This document shows, in pieces, positions 1 to 10,308 of a stretch of DNA of 64,000 nt. Each line of letters starts with the position of its first letter. The first letter of the stretch is position 1. This stretch comes from Methanobacteriota archaeon (GTDB lineage Archaea; Halobacteriota; Methanosarcinia; Methanosarcinales; Methanogasteraceae). The translations under genes were made by a program, and so were the position numbers. Under the pieces are notes generated by a model, which saw only the letters and a program-made list of their open reading frames with translations, was not told the origin of the DNA and made no database searches. The stretch covers positions 48 to 64,047 of the forward strand of contig JAIWAP010000001.1 in assembly GCA_048634345.1 (NCBI GenBank), given 5' to 3'.

Positions 1-152
1 GCAATCCGGACGCCGCCGATGGCAGGTCCCGCGGCGACGTTGTCAATGACCACGATCGCTCTTAATTTTGAGACCGGTTCGTAGATGTGGATTATCTTCT
101 CAGGTCCAAGATCGTCAGTGTATTCCTCAAAGATTGTCTGGCTTACGTCCAT
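1..152 (-). CDS. Glu/Leu/Phe/Val dehydrogenase-family protein, N-terminal part (gene continues beyond left edge)
   Basis: Own reverse translation from the ATG at 152-150 gives MDVSQTIFEEYTDDLGPEKIIHIYEPVSKLRAIVVIDNVAAGPAIGGVRI. The VIDN..GPA.GG.R block is the conserved N-terminal signature of this superfamily. It is absent from the ORF track because it is truncated. Confidence 0.6.
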   Translation of the reverse strand, partial: MDVSQTIFEEYTDDLGPEKIIHIYEPVSKLRAIVVIDNVAAGPAIGGVRI

Positions 153-344
153 GTATCAGATCCTCCTCTTTGTCCGGCGGTTCTGGCATTCTGTGACTCT
201 CTATCTTTAAGGCAATGCGATAAAACTTACGTACATGTCGGTCGCATACCAGATACTCACAACAACCAGTGATACTGTCTGGGATCCGTTCATGATGACT
301 CTGCTCATCGGGACCGGCATATTCCTTAGCGCTTACCGAAAAAT

Positions 345-1632
345 AAAGTAGCAAAATTTATTAGGTAAACTATCATATATACGAGCATGGATGATCACAC
401 ACAATACGTATCGTGGTTGAAAGCCTTGTCCGGAGCGGATGAAGTTCAAGCACGGCGGTTTGCAGCAGCTAAAGCACTTGAACTTGGCTGGGGCGGAATC
501 ACGAAGGTTGTAAAACTTACAGGCATGTCCCACACGACCATCAGAAAAGGGATCCACGAGCTTCAGAGTCCGGATGAGTTAAAACAGTCAAACCGACTTC
601 GGAAGCCTGGTGGAGGGCGAAAGAAGATAGAAATCAAAGATCCGAAGATCGTTGAAGACCTTGAGACGATTATGGATGAGAATACCGCAGGCGATCCCAT
701 GAGTCTCCTGAAGTGGACTAACAAATCGACATACAAGATAGCCGAAGAGTTAAATCGTCGTGGACACCGGATAGACCCGGATACCGCAGGACGGCTTTTG
801 AAGAGCGGGGGCTTCTCACTTCAGGCAAATGTGAAGACCAAAGAAGGTGGTAAAGCGCCAGAGCGAGATGCCCAGTTTCGATATATAAACGAACAGGCGA
901 AGAAATTTACGGCACAAGGCGATCCTGTGATCTCGGTGGATGCAAAGAAGAAAGAGAATGTAGGGGAATTTAAAAACCAGGGTAGAACATGGAGGAAGAC
1001 CGGACAACCAGTGGAAGTGAATGTTTATGACTTTGCATCGTTGGGAGTCGGAAAGGCGATTCCTTATGGAATCTACGACGTCAACAGAAACGAAGGAATG
1101 GTGAACGTTGGTATAAGCTATGATACGTCGGAATTTACAGTCGAGAGCATCCGGCGGTGGTGGTTAATGTTTGGGAGAGATCACTATCCTACTGCTGGTG
1201 GGTTGTTGATCTGTGCCGATGGTGGCGGAAGTAATGGAAGCCGCCGCAGGGGGTGGAAATTCTTTTTACAGAAATTATCTGACCAGATAGGAATTCCTAT
1301 AACGGTTTGCCACTACCCGCCCGGGACCAGTAAATGGAACAAGATAGAGCATTGTATGTTCTCATTTATCAGTATGAACTGGCGGGGACAGCCTCTGGTT
1401 AGTTATGAAACTGTCATTAAACTGATTGGTGGTACGACAACAAACAAAGGTCTGAGCGTGGCAGCACGCATCGATGAGCAAGAATATGAGAAAGGAATCA
1501 AGTTTTCGGATGACGATATGGCGCAACTACAAATACAACCGCACTTATTGCATCCTAAATGGAATTATTCTATATTATCAAGAGATGCTGGTGTGTATGA
1601 GACGAGCTGATTTCGATATGTTATTTTTCGGT
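345..1632 (+). mobile_element. ISAzo13-like (IS630-superfamily) insertion sequence, apparently intact
   Basis: Perfect 12-bp terminal inverted repeat: ACCGAAAAATAA at 345-356 and its reverse complement TTATTTTTCGGT at 1621-1632. These bracket a single 407-aa transposase ORF. No clear target-site duplication was seen. Confidence 0.7.
387..1610 (+). CDS. ISAzo13-family DDE transposase
   Basis: 407-aa ORF. N-terminal HTH (GITKVVKLTGMSHTTIRKGIHEL) and a C-terminal block (ISVDAKKKENVGEFKN.G..W; LICADGGGSNGSRRRGWK; CHYPPGTSKWNKIEH) typical of ISAzo13/Rhodopirellula-type transposases. Confidence 0.85.
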   Translation: MDDHTQYVSWLKALSGADEVQARRFAAAKALELGWGGITKVVKLTGMSHTTIRKGIHELQSPDELKQSNRLRKPGGGRKKIEIKDPKIVEDLETIMDENTAGDPMSLLKWTNKSTYKIAEELNRRGHRIDPDTAGRLLKSGGFSLQANVKTKEGGKAPERDAQFRYINEQAKKFTAQGDPVISVDAKKKENVGEFKNQGRTWRKTGQPVEVNVYDFASLGVGKAIPYGIYDVNRNEGMVNVGISYDTSEFTVESIRRWWLMFGRDHYPTAGGLLICADGGGSNGSRRRGWKFFLQKLSDQIGIPITVCHYPPGTSKWNKIEHCMFSFISMNWRGQPLVSYETVIKLIGGTTTNKGLSVAARIDEQEYEKGIKFSDDDMAQLQIQPHLLHPKWNYSILSRDAGVYETS

Positions 1633-1892
1633 GGCCCCTTACAATAACCACAATAAGAAATAACGTTGTTGATTTCAACCAAATAATAATTTTGGTAGGC
1701 ACAATAGTTTTTTTGCTTTTTTTCCCAAGATTAAAAAGCTAAAATTGGCTCCTTTGGGAGTTGAGTTTGAAATAGAAAATCCAAAGGAAGAGGAGTGAAA
1801 AAGCGAAATAATTTGGGACCAGTTTTTACTATGGCACAGTATTCATTCCCAGACGATTCGTAACAAGTCTTAATAAAACACCATCAGTTCAA

Positions 1893-3100
1893 TTGCACAT
1901 GCCTGAACGAAAACTGATTATCGAAGTTGATATCAACGATGATAGGGTCAACAGCATAGAAGACCTCGAACGGGAGATTCTTGCACAGGACCTCTGTGGG
2001 CAGGCGGCAAGGAAATATCTCGATGGTTTGCAGGAGGATTTGGCACAACAAGTGAGAATAAGGAAGGGAAGCAAAAAAGTACACATCAAAACACCCCATT
2101 TTGAATTTGACTTCCAGGCAAAGAGAGCGCTCGATGGGATGGGGAAAAAACGTTCATAGTGCCTTATTTGCACAATCGAGATAAAACTCTGCTCGATTCC
2201 ATACACTATCCCCCATGGAAGTACCTCTCGCACAATCGTCTCGTTTTCGGAGGCATCTTTTCTAATCGGCATCTTGCAGGGGATTAAGGTGAGTTCTTCC
2301 AAGTTAAAGAAAATATTCTATGAAAATAAGATACTGCCAATAAGAAATCCAATTTATTCGCAATATAACGGTCAAACGGTCGATGCCATAATCATAGATG
2401 ACACCAGATCGTTGAGAAGGTCGGGCGGTCGCCCCAGCATCAAAGGCGCGTTGGGGCTCGATTTAGAAACTGGAGAAGAGTTTCTTCTGTATCTGGGTGC
2501 TGTTAAGAGCTGGTCTGAGGTTTTATCCTACATCAGAGAGAATTACAACATGTCCGACGAAACGTATGCCATCTGCGACGGCGACGATAATTTACAGCGG
2601 CATTTGGAAGACTATGGATACAAAATACAACAATGCACGAATCATTTTGTCAAAACATCGATGTATTACCTGTGGAAAGAGCAATATCCAAAAGATGAGC
2701 GAATGAAGCTCAAAAAAGAGATAAGCGGGATAATTTCCACGTTGAAGAACTCGGTGAAAAAGCACAGAATAGATCGTAATTTTGCAAGGCTCGAATGGAG
2801 AATAGATACGACGGGGGAAAGAGTTGCTGTCAATCGCTAATGAGCTGTTATCAAGGAACAAAGACAGTAATACTGCTAAATTCATTCTCAGGACTGTAAT
2901 CATTGTGACACTCTTCGCAGAATTGACAACAAGAGGAATACAGATCCCTGACAATAATAATCACGCCCTAAAACCTTATGGGGAACGCTAAGGCAGAGAA
3001 TAAAGAAGAATCGCCAGTCATGGGTCGATAAAAATCTGGAAATTATGGTGAACACTATCTGGCAGATAATCTCGTAGGCGATGGTTCGGAACATGTACTA
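1893..3100 (+). pseudogene. Decayed transposase gene (second IS remnant), broken over several frames
   Basis: AT-rich stretch. ORFs 1893-2159 and 2274-2840 plus further in-order pieces in other frames read like one DDE-type transposase (AICDGDDNLQRHL, QQCTNHFVK; tail ...NAKAENKEE...). It is interrupted by stops and frameshifts. Family not resolved. Confidence 0.4.
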
Positions 3101-3207
3101 TTGGCATCCCGGATCCCGGCAAGTGTTACTGGATTTTTCGGATAGATTTTTTGTGCCCCAAATCTAGACTGGTCCCAGTAGTTGCTTGATGATCGCATTC
3201 ATACCCG

Positions 3208-3579
3208 TCATATAGGGGATGTTATTGCAGTAATAATCTTGAAATTATAGAACCCTGTATATCTCAGTCCAGCCACCACCGCGTCAACCGAATAAAATCT
3301 TGCATATCTATAAAATTTACTCTTTTCATTTTTATGAAGGTATGTTCTACCAAAAAAACTGTATTTATCGATAAAACCAACAATTAAAGATCCGTTCACC
3401 TCTAATCCAATGTAAACTTCATCAAATGCTCTTTTTACATCATCCACGAAACAGATAGTTACCATCATCAGCACAAAATCGAACTCTTCACCCCTGAAAG
3501 GCAGACTCTCGGCAACGCCACCAAGAAGTGCGATAGCCCGCCCCGTACAAAACTTTATGAATTCCTGCAAACATAGTGG
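3208..3579 (-). pseudogene. C-terminal fragment of a class-I SAM-dependent methyltransferase
   Basis: Translation ...GGVAESLPFRGEEFDFVLMMVTICFVDDVKRAFDEVYIGLEVNGSLIVGF... matches the post-motif-I half of Methyltransf_11-type enzymes. The SAM-binding GxGxG part is missing. The upstream part of the track ORF (to 3999) is antisense to the acylphosphatase gene. Confidence 0.5.
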
Positions 3580-3582
3580 GTT

Positions 3583-4131
3583 TTGATGAAAAAGATCAGA
3601 GCAGTAGTGTCCGGAACGATTCAGAATGTGGGTTACCGGGCAAAGGTGATCGGGTTTGCAAGGGCTTTTGATCTGACCGGTTTTGTTTATAATCTTGATG
3701 ACGGACAGGTCAGGATAATTGCGGAAGGTGCAGAAAATAATTTGAATGCGTTTATTGGTGCGATACAGATTGCGAACACTTTGATTAAGGTCGATGACGT
3801 CGAAGTGGAATATGCGGAGGTCACAGGGGACCTCAATGATTTTTATAAGCTTGTGGGCAGCGGAGAGACTGATGAGAGACTGGACACAGCCGCGGAGTAC
3901 CTCAAAAAACTGATTTCCGTCACTGAGAGTGGATTTGGAAGTCTGGGCTCCAAGATGGATGTGATGATTGAGAAGCAAGATGTGATGATTGAGAAGCAAG
4001 ACGAGACCATCGATGAGATCCAGGGTTTGAGAGTGGATATGAAGAGTTACATGGATCGTAAATTCGGCGAAATCGAGGATGATCTGTTCATGATAAAGAG
4101 TGTATTGAAAACCAGTGGGATGCTCAATTAA
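3583..4131 (+). CDS. Acylphosphatase-like domain protein with C-terminal coiled-coil extension
   Basis: N-terminal ~90 aa (IRAVVSGTIQNVGYRAKVIGFARAFDLTGFVYNLDDGQVRIIAEG) fit the acylphosphatase fold signature. The C-terminal ~90 aa are charged and helical and contain a 21-bp tandem duplication (3958-3978 and 3979-3999, DVMIEKQ x2). Confidence 0.6.
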   Translation: MMKKIRAVVSGTIQNVGYRAKVIGFARAFDLTGFVYNLDDGQVRIIAEGAENNLNAFIGAIQIANTLIKVDDVEVEYAEVTGDLNDFYKLVGSGETDERLDTAAEYLKKLISVTESGFGSLGSKMDVMIEKQDVMIEKQDETIDEIQGLRVDMKSYMDRKFGEIEDDLFMIKSVLKTSGMLN

Positions 4132-4135
4132 AACG

Positions 4136-4326
4136 ATTGACTGGACATTACGAGAGTGTGTTCAGGCAAAACTCCAGAGGAATTGTCAAACGAATACTCG
4201 GGGAAGTGCAGGGATCTTCCCGACAAGCAGAAGAAGGCGGCAGATGCCGCGCTGGAGCAGGTAGTGTTGATATATGATATTTTGGGCAGTGGATCGATGG
4301 ATTACGGGACGCTCACCGGATTGTAG
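4136..4326 (+). pseudogene. Relic of the 3' end of a type-I restriction enzyme R-subunit (hsdR) gene
   Basis: Three consecutive pieces in three frames (IDWTLRECVQAKL / GIVKRILG / RDLPDKQKKAADAALEQV) follow the order of the HsdR C-terminal consensus as I remember it (DWT.RE.VRAKLR..VKRIL.KYGYPPDKQ..A...VLEQ). There is no start codon and at least two frameshifts. Confidence 0.4.
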
Positions 4327-4377
4327 ATAACGGATGAGACAACCACACCCTCATGAGCCGTCATGCGTCCTGGAGGA

Positions 4378-7131
4378 TCAATCCACCTCATTCTCCATGT
4401 AATACCGCTCCATAACCTCCACGATATTCATGACATCGCACTTGATCCCATTTCTCGCAAGTCCGTGCCTGAACTGGAGTTCACAGCTCGGGCAGGTGGT
4501 AACGACCACATCAGGCTCGATCTCCTGGATCTCAGCCGCCTTTCGGTCAAATATCTTAAGAGATATCTCGGGATGCAGGAAACTGTACGCTCCAGCCCCG
4601 CCGCAGCACCCATCGCCGGTCTCAACGAAATCGGAGACGATACGCTTCAATAACTCGCCCCCATTAACACCGATAGCCGCAAGATGACAGGGATTGTGGT
4701 ATGCCACACGGGTGTCCAGTTTCTTTCCGGAAAACGCTCTTTCATCGAGATGTTTTAGCAAAAACTCGCCAATATCGTAGGTGATCCCGGATACTCTCGC
4801 CGCAGCCCTGCTGACGTCATCATCGTTATCGTCTTTCAGCAGTTCCGCAGACTTCCTTAACATCATCGTGCAGGACGCACACGCCGTCACGATGGCGTCG
4901 TACCGCGTGTCCGAAAACACAGAAACGTTCTTCCTTGCAACGTCCCTTGCAAGATCGTACATGCCCTGTTCGATCATCGGCAGTCCACAACACTGTTGTT
5001 CCGGTACAAAGACATTAAACCCACTTTTTTCGAGCACCCGGATCATAGAGTCAAAGACGCCGTCATCAAGGATCATAGACGCGCATCCAGCGAATACTGC
5101 AACATTCAGCGAATCGCCGGCATTCATGCCATGTTCAGGTTCAACCGCCGGCATATCCCCCTTCCGGAACCGGGGGAGCGATCGTTTCAGGAGCATTTTT
5201 GCTGCCGGGTTTGTAATCGGACGCATCTTCCCAAAAATTCGTGCGTACCTGCTGAATCGATCTTGATCGGATGCCCACGTATGCATTGTCTGTCTAACCA
5301 GCAGAGGTGCGGTCTTCTGTGTGAATAGCAGTTCACCGATGCTCGCATGGCTCGGGCATCTCGTCGCACACCTCAGGCAACCAAGACAGAGCTTAAGCAT
5401 CTTTTCTGCCTGGCGTGACTCTGCTGTTGTCGTTTGTTCAAGGTTTCCGAACCGCAGAAGCTGGAGAAACGACCTTGATCCTGTTTCCCCACCCATCGTG
5501 GTCGATATCGGGCAGACTGACTTGCAATATCCACAGTTGACGCATGGTTGTTCAAACCGATTCACGTATTCTGTCGGATATTTGATGTCATCGGCGATCT
5601 CCCTATCGCTGAACATGACCTCAGGGTTCAGGAGGTCTCGAGGATCGAATATCTCCTTAATCTTACGCATATAGCCGTATATCGGCTCTCCCCACTCCTT
5701 CTCAAGAAACATCGTCCTCAGGCGACCCATCCCGTGCTCTCCGGTCATGGTTCCGTTGTATCTGAATACCGCATCATACACGCGGTCCACGAGTCCCGGG
5801 AGCAGATCAATGTTCTTTGGATCGTTTAAGTTCAGCATCGGTCTGATATGCAGATTTCCTGATCCGGCATGTCCGTAGATCGCAGATACTATCTTATATT
5901 CGTCGAATATCTCGTGCAGGTCAACTATCAGCGGAGCAAGGTCGGATATCCTGACAGCAACGTCATCAATGAACGCATCGGGCTTTGTGTCAGGATCGTA
6001 GTTTGTCAGGATCGGGACAAGCGCTTTCCTAACCGCCCACACCTTCTCCTGCATGAGAACGTCTTCTGCTTCGGATGCGACTTCTCCGCAGATGTTATAT
6101 CGATCATCGATCAGTTTTTCGAGATCGCGTATCCTTGATCTTCGATCATCCCCCTCAAACTCAACAAAGAGTGCACTCACCCCCGCATCCGCAGGTATTC
6201 CCATATCAGGGTACTCTGACCGCACGATACCAAGGGATGTCGAGTCCATCATCTCGACTTTCACAGGACCGAGTTCGTTGATATGCTGCACAGCATCGCC
6301 TGCATCATACAGGCTCCTGAAGTATATCGCACTGATGGACGTTCCTGCAACGATCGGAAGGACTTTCAGCCGTATTTTCGTAAAAATACCGAGCGTTCCA
6401 ACGCTGGAGGACATCAGGTGTGCGATCATCTCTCCGATGCTCTCGTAATCGAGCAACGCTCTGATATTGTAGCCACTTGCAATCTTGATCTCCTTTCGCA
6501 TGTCCAGACGGCTGGTAACGCCCGGATCTGCGAGCAGCAGTTTCCTTAACGTGAGCAAACCATCTGAGATCCGGGCAGGGATGGTTTCGGAAACGGCGGT
6601 GTCGATGATCTCGCCTCTCGCGGATACAAACTCCACAGATGCCACATAATCGTCGATAGTGCCATATTTGACGGATCGTGCGCCACTTGCCTTTGTGCCG
6701 ACGTTGCCGCCGATCATGCATATCTCGGAACTCGACGGGTCAGGCGGAAGAAACAGTCCTCTTTCCCCAAGATACGCCTGGAGATTATTGACTATGACTC
6801 CTGGCTCTACATCCACAAAGAACTCACCCGTATCTTGCTTTTCCTCAACCATACCGATGATTCGGTTCATATTCTTCGAGAAATCAAGAATAATCCCCTC
6901 GCCAAGACAGCTTCCGGCAAGATTCGTGCCCGCAGCCCTCGGTGTGATCGGAAGTCCAAGAACCGCTGCCGCAACCGCACACTCACGCACATCACGGGCA
7001 TCGAGAGGGCAGACGACCGCGGACGGCATGACCTGATAGATGCTCGCATCGGTTGAATAGCAGTAAAGCGTCGGGAGATCGGTGTATACCTCGCCTTTCA
7101 CGTTTCGGAGTGCTTTTTTGATGCGATTCAT
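4378..7131 (-). CDS. FAD-linked oxidase fused to Fe-S/CCG-domain module (GlcD-GlcF / D-lactate dehydrogenase-like)
   Basis: N-terminal FAD_binding_4-like region (PRAAGTNLAGSC), central 2x[4Fe-4S] motifs (CVNCGYCKSVCP, CLGCLRCATRCP) and C-terminal CCG repeats (CCG..., CPSC). Start moved to the internal ATG at 7131 (MNRIKK), preceded by GGGGGAT. The longer track ORF would run into prf1. Confidence 0.8.
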   Translation of the reverse strand: MNRIKKALRNVKGEVYTDLPTLYCYSTDASIYQVMPSAVVCPLDARDVRECAVAAAVLGLPITPRAAGTNLAGSCLGEGIILDFSKNMNRIIGMVEEKQDTGEFFVDVEPGVIVNNLQAYLGERGLFLPPDPSSSEICMIGGNVGTKASGARSVKYGTIDDYVASVEFVSARGEIIDTAVSETIPARISDGLLTLRKLLLADPGVTSRLDMRKEIKIASGYNIRALLDYESIGEMIAHLMSSSVGTLGIFTKIRLKVLPIVAGTSISAIYFRSLYDAGDAVQHINELGPVKVEMMDSTSLGIVRSEYPDMGIPADAGVSALFVEFEGDDRRSRIRDLEKLIDDRYNICGEVASEAEDVLMQEKVWAVRKALVPILTNYDPDTKPDAFIDDVAVRISDLAPLIVDLHEIFDEYKIVSAIYGHAGSGNLHIRPMLNLNDPKNIDLLPGLVDRVYDAVFRYNGTMTGEHGMGRLRTMFLEKEWGEPIYGYMRKIKEIFDPRDLLNPEVMFSDREIADDIKYPTEYVNRFEQPCVNCGYCKSVCPISTTMGGETGSRSFLQLLRFGNLEQTTTAESRQAEKMLKLCLGCLRCATRCPSHASIGELLFTQKTAPLLVRQTMHTWASDQDRFSRYARIFGKMRPITNPAAKMLLKRSLPRFRKGDMPAVEPEHGMNAGDSLNVAVFAGCASMILDDGVFDSMIRVLEKSGFNVFVPEQQCCGLPMIEQGMYDLARDVARKNVSVFSDTRYDAIVTACASCTMMLRKSAELLKDDNDDDVSRAAARVSGITYDIGEFLLKHLDERAFSGKKLDTRVAYHNPCHLAAIGVNGGELLKRIVSDFVETGDGCCGGAGAYSFLHPEISLKIFDRKAAEIQEIEPDVVVTTCPSCELQFRHGLARNGIKCDVMNIVEVMERYYMENEVD

Positions 7132-7300
7132 CCCATATCCCCCGGATCGAAAGCAACGTATCGGTCTTCCAAAAACACAGTCTCCAAACCGCGGTCGATG
7201 AGCCATTGATGCCGCCGGTGCTGCTGCCGGTGTGGTATGTGCATAAGTTGTTGCATAAGTATCATACAGTACTGACAACTTGTCAGGTCCGTGCCCTGCA

Positions 7301-8563
7301 TCACACCCCTGCGTCATACCGCAGAATCGCAGCAATGCCCCCAAACGCCCGCATCAACTGGTCCCCCTCCTCGAAATCGGTGGATATGAACTCTACAGTG
7401 GTCCCCATCTGGTCACATAGCTCTGTTAACTCATCGACGACGTCTACAGTGCCCACGATCTTAAGATCAGATCTACATGAAGGACATTTCTCTCCAAAGT
7501 CGTCCGAGATGGATTCTATGGTCTCTTTTCTAACATAATCACAGTTCTGGCATCTGATGTCTGCACGCACCTGCCGCAGGTCCTCAGATATTAGTAGCGT
7601 ACCAACAGCGCCCATTTCGAGGTTTGCACGCACCTGCTGATCCCCATAGGCGACAAGCCCACTATCACTTACCAGTTCCTGCATAAATCGTTGCATACTC
7701 CTCTTCTGCTTGACGACATCCAGATCCTGCAGGGCATCGGATGCAGCATCCATGAGCTCATAAAGACCCGATTCATCAGTATATGCGATATCGAATAACC
7801 CTATGATTTTTTTCTGCAGTTCATGGTGTAAAAACTCGCCTTCGAAGAATTCTTCCTTTGTTGGCGAGGGTCCTCCGATCAGAATTCCTTCAAAGTCCTT
7901 GTGATCGATGGTTAGAAATATTTCGCTTGCGCTGTTACCTATCTTCTTGTAAAAATCGTGGATTGCGATGAGGCGCAGTTGCTGGAATCTTTTTGCGCTC
8001 TGACCACCTTGTCGCTGTTTTCCGGGAACCGTGGATGTCAGGTGCTTGCGTGCATCAATAACTTTGCCACGCAAAAGCCCCACGGTCGCCTCCCTCCGGT
8101 CAACGGCGAGGAGTCCGAACGTTTTTTTTTCCACAAGCATATCTTCGAGTGGTTCGAGATAAAAAGAAGAGTCACAATGATATTTATAAGAGGTGATTGG
8201 CTCTGGTGGCTCGATGATCATCGTATCAAGTGTTGTCCGATGTCCGCCAAGCTCAAGTGTTCCGCAGAAGATTACAAATCCACTTTCAGGAGGTTTATTA
8301 TAATATCTAAGGCGAGCAAGCACTGATTCGAGTGCGCTCTGTACGTTTGTCCGTGTGGATTTCGATTTGATGTTTGCAGCCTGTCCGTGCTCTGCCCTGA
8401 GCTGCGCAGTCACGTCAGAGATCAGTTTGTCATAAGGGATATAGAGCGAGATCAGTTCGGTGCCCTTCCCGGTCTTACGGCGCATCTCTTCGAGCTGCCG
8501 CTTGAATTCGTACCGTTTGTGTGCCTGTGATATCGTCATGCGTGTGGGTAGTATCGGTCGCAC
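7301..8563 (-). CDS. prf1: Peptide chain release factor aRF1
   Basis: 420 aa. GGQ motif (PGKQRQGGQSAKRF), NIKS motif (ANIKSKSTR) and a C-terminal zinc-ribbon-like insert (CQNC...CPSC). Confidence 0.95.
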   Translation of the reverse strand: MRPILPTRMTISQAHKRYEFKRQLEEMRRKTGKGTELISLYIPYDKLISDVTAQLRAEHGQAANIKSKSTRTNVQSALESVLARLRYYNKPPESGFVIFCGTLELGGHRTTLDTMIIEPPEPITSYKYHCDSSFYLEPLEDMLVEKKTFGLLAVDRREATVGLLRGKVIDARKHLTSTVPGKQRQGGQSAKRFQQLRLIAIHDFYKKIGNSASEIFLTIDHKDFEGILIGGPSPTKEEFFEGEFLHHELQKKIIGLFDIAYTDESGLYELMDAASDALQDLDVVKQKRSMQRFMQELVSDSGLVAYGDQQVRANLEMGAVGTLLISEDLRQVRADIRCQNCDYVRKETIESISDDFGEKCPSCRSDLKIVGTVDVVDELTELCDQMGTTVEFISTDFEEGDQLMRAFGGIAAILRYDAGV

Positions 8564-8603
8564 ATCACTTTAACTATGTGACGCTACGTGACTTGCGAGG
8601 CTG

Positions 8604-10061
8604 TCACCCCTTCGCAACCCCTATCGGCACGACCTGCGCCACCCTGCGTGCGACCCCTACCTGATGCATGACCTCCACGACCGCATCACTTGGCTTATAC
8701 ACCGCGGGCGCCTCCTCTGCAAGCACGCTCGGATGCGTAGCCTTAACCGTGATCCCTTTTGCAAGCAGCTCTTTTTCGATTTCCGCTCCTCTGAATTTTC
8801 GCATTGCCGCCTTTCTGCTTCCTACCCTTCCGGCGCCGTGACATGCGCTTCCAAACGTGAGTTCCATCGCCTTGTCCATGCCGCAAAGGATGTACGACGG
8901 CGTGCCCATGCTCCCTGGGATCAAAACAGGCTGCCCGACGCTTCTATATGCTTTCGGGACATCGGGGTGCCCTGCAGGAAACGCCCGGGTTGCGCCTTTC
9001 CTGTGCACATATACCATCTTCGCCTTCCCATCGATTACATGTTCCTCGAGTTTCGCGACGTTGTGCGCCACATCGTAGACAAGATCCATCTCGACATCCC
9101 CGAAGAACTGGTGAAACGTCTCCCGGACCCAGTGTGTGATCACCTGCCGGTTTGCCCACGCATAGTTTGCCCCGGCACACATCGCTGTGAAGTACGCCTG
9201 CCCTTCCTTTGATTGCACGGGCGCACATGCAAGCTGACGGTCCACAAGCTCGATTCCGTACTTCTTTGCCGCTTTCCCGAGCACCTTGAGGTGGTCTGTG
9301 CAGATCTGGTGTCCTGCGCCCCGGGATCCGCAGTGAATCATGACAGTGATGTCGCCAACGCGTAGCCCGAATGCGTCCGCAATGTCCTGATCATAGATCT
9401 CACGCACGCACTGCACCTCCAGAAAGTGGTTTCCGCTCCCGAGCGTCCCGAGTTGCGGCTTTCCTCGTTTCATCACCTTGTCGCTCACATTGAGGTCTCC
9501 CGGAAGCTCGATTCTCCCGTTCTCCTCGCAGTGCTCGAGGTCATCCGCAACGCCGTAGCCCTCTTCGACAGCCCATCTTGCCCCGTCCTCAAATACCCGG
9601 CGTAACTCGGAGTCTGAGACCCGCAGCTTGCTCTTTGCGCCGACGCCGGTTGGAACTGCGCGGAAGAGTGCGTCGATCAGTTTTCGGATCTTCGGGCGGA
9701 CGTCTTTTTCGGTCAGGTTCGTGCGGATGACGCGGACGCCACAATTAATATCAAAACCCACCCCACCAGGGCTGATAACGCCCTCTTCTACGTCAAATGC
9801 CGCAACGCCCCCTATGGGAAAGCCATATCCGGGATGCGCATCGGGCATCGCCATCGAGTACTTCTGAATACCGGGGAGGGTTGCGACGTTCGCGGTCTGT
9901 GAAAGTGTATCGATCTCCAGTCCCTTAAGCAGTCTCGGGGACAGGAATAATCTGCCCGGCACCCGCATCCCCTCCATAAAGTCGGTGGGGACGTCCCAGA
10001 TGTAGTCTGTGACCCTGGAGAGCTTTGGCATCGTCTTTTTCTTTTTCGGCTGCGTCGTCAT
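8604..10061 (-). CDS. rtcB: RNA-splicing ligase RtcB
   Basis: Conserved RtcB blocks (GGVGFDINCGVR, GTLGSGNHFLE, HCGSRGAGHQ, SACHGAGR). Start set at the internal ATG (MTTQPKKKK), giving ~485 aa. Confidence 0.95.
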   Translation of the reverse strand: MTTQPKKKKTMPKLSRVTDYIWDVPTDFMEGMRVPGRLFLSPRLLKGLEIDTLSQTANVATLPGIQKYSMAMPDAHPGYGFPIGGVAAFDVEEGVISPGGVGFDINCGVRVIRTNLTEKDVRPKIRKLIDALFRAVPTGVGAKSKLRVSDSELRRVFEDGARWAVEEGYGVADDLEHCEENGRIELPGDLNVSDKVMKRGKPQLGTLGSGNHFLEVQCVREIYDQDIADAFGLRVGDITVMIHCGSRGAGHQICTDHLKVLGKAAKKYGIELVDRQLACAPVQSKEGQAYFTAMCAGANYAWANRQVITHWVRETFHQFFGDVEMDLVYDVAHNVAKLEEHVIDGKAKMVYVHRKGATRAFPAGHPDVPKAYRSVGQPVLIPGSMGTPSYILCGMDKAMELTFGSACHGAGRVGSRKAAMRKFRGAEIEKELLAKGITVKATHPSVLAEEAPAVYKPSDAVVEVMHQVGVARRVAQVVPIGVAKG

Positions 10062-10308
10062 GGTGATTACTCTCCCGCACCTCTTCAAATCAGTTGTGGT
10101 TGTATGGAATGGGTGTTTCATCAACATCTGGCAACCGTCCACCCACAGAAAGCACATAATTGGAGAGGGTCATTCCGAAGTATCTCGATGCGCCTGAGAG
10201 TACCGTGGAATGTGCCGGGAAAAGATTTATTGCAAACTAAACAGCACAATTGCACAACAGCAGGATGAAAAATTTATTTTCAGGTGCCATATAAACGAGA
10301 TAAATCCC

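Noticed and set aside
4363-7056. Numerous plus-strand ORFs (e.g. 4781-5266, 6053-6448, 6659-7036) and the 72-aa N-terminal extension of the FAD/Fe-S oxidoreductase ORF (7132-7344).
   Set aside because: The plus-strand ORFs are antisense shadows of the 918-aa gene. The N-terminal extension lacks an RBS, overlaps prf1 and is low-complexity. The internal ATG at 7131 has a GGGGGAT Shine-Dalgarno-like sequence.
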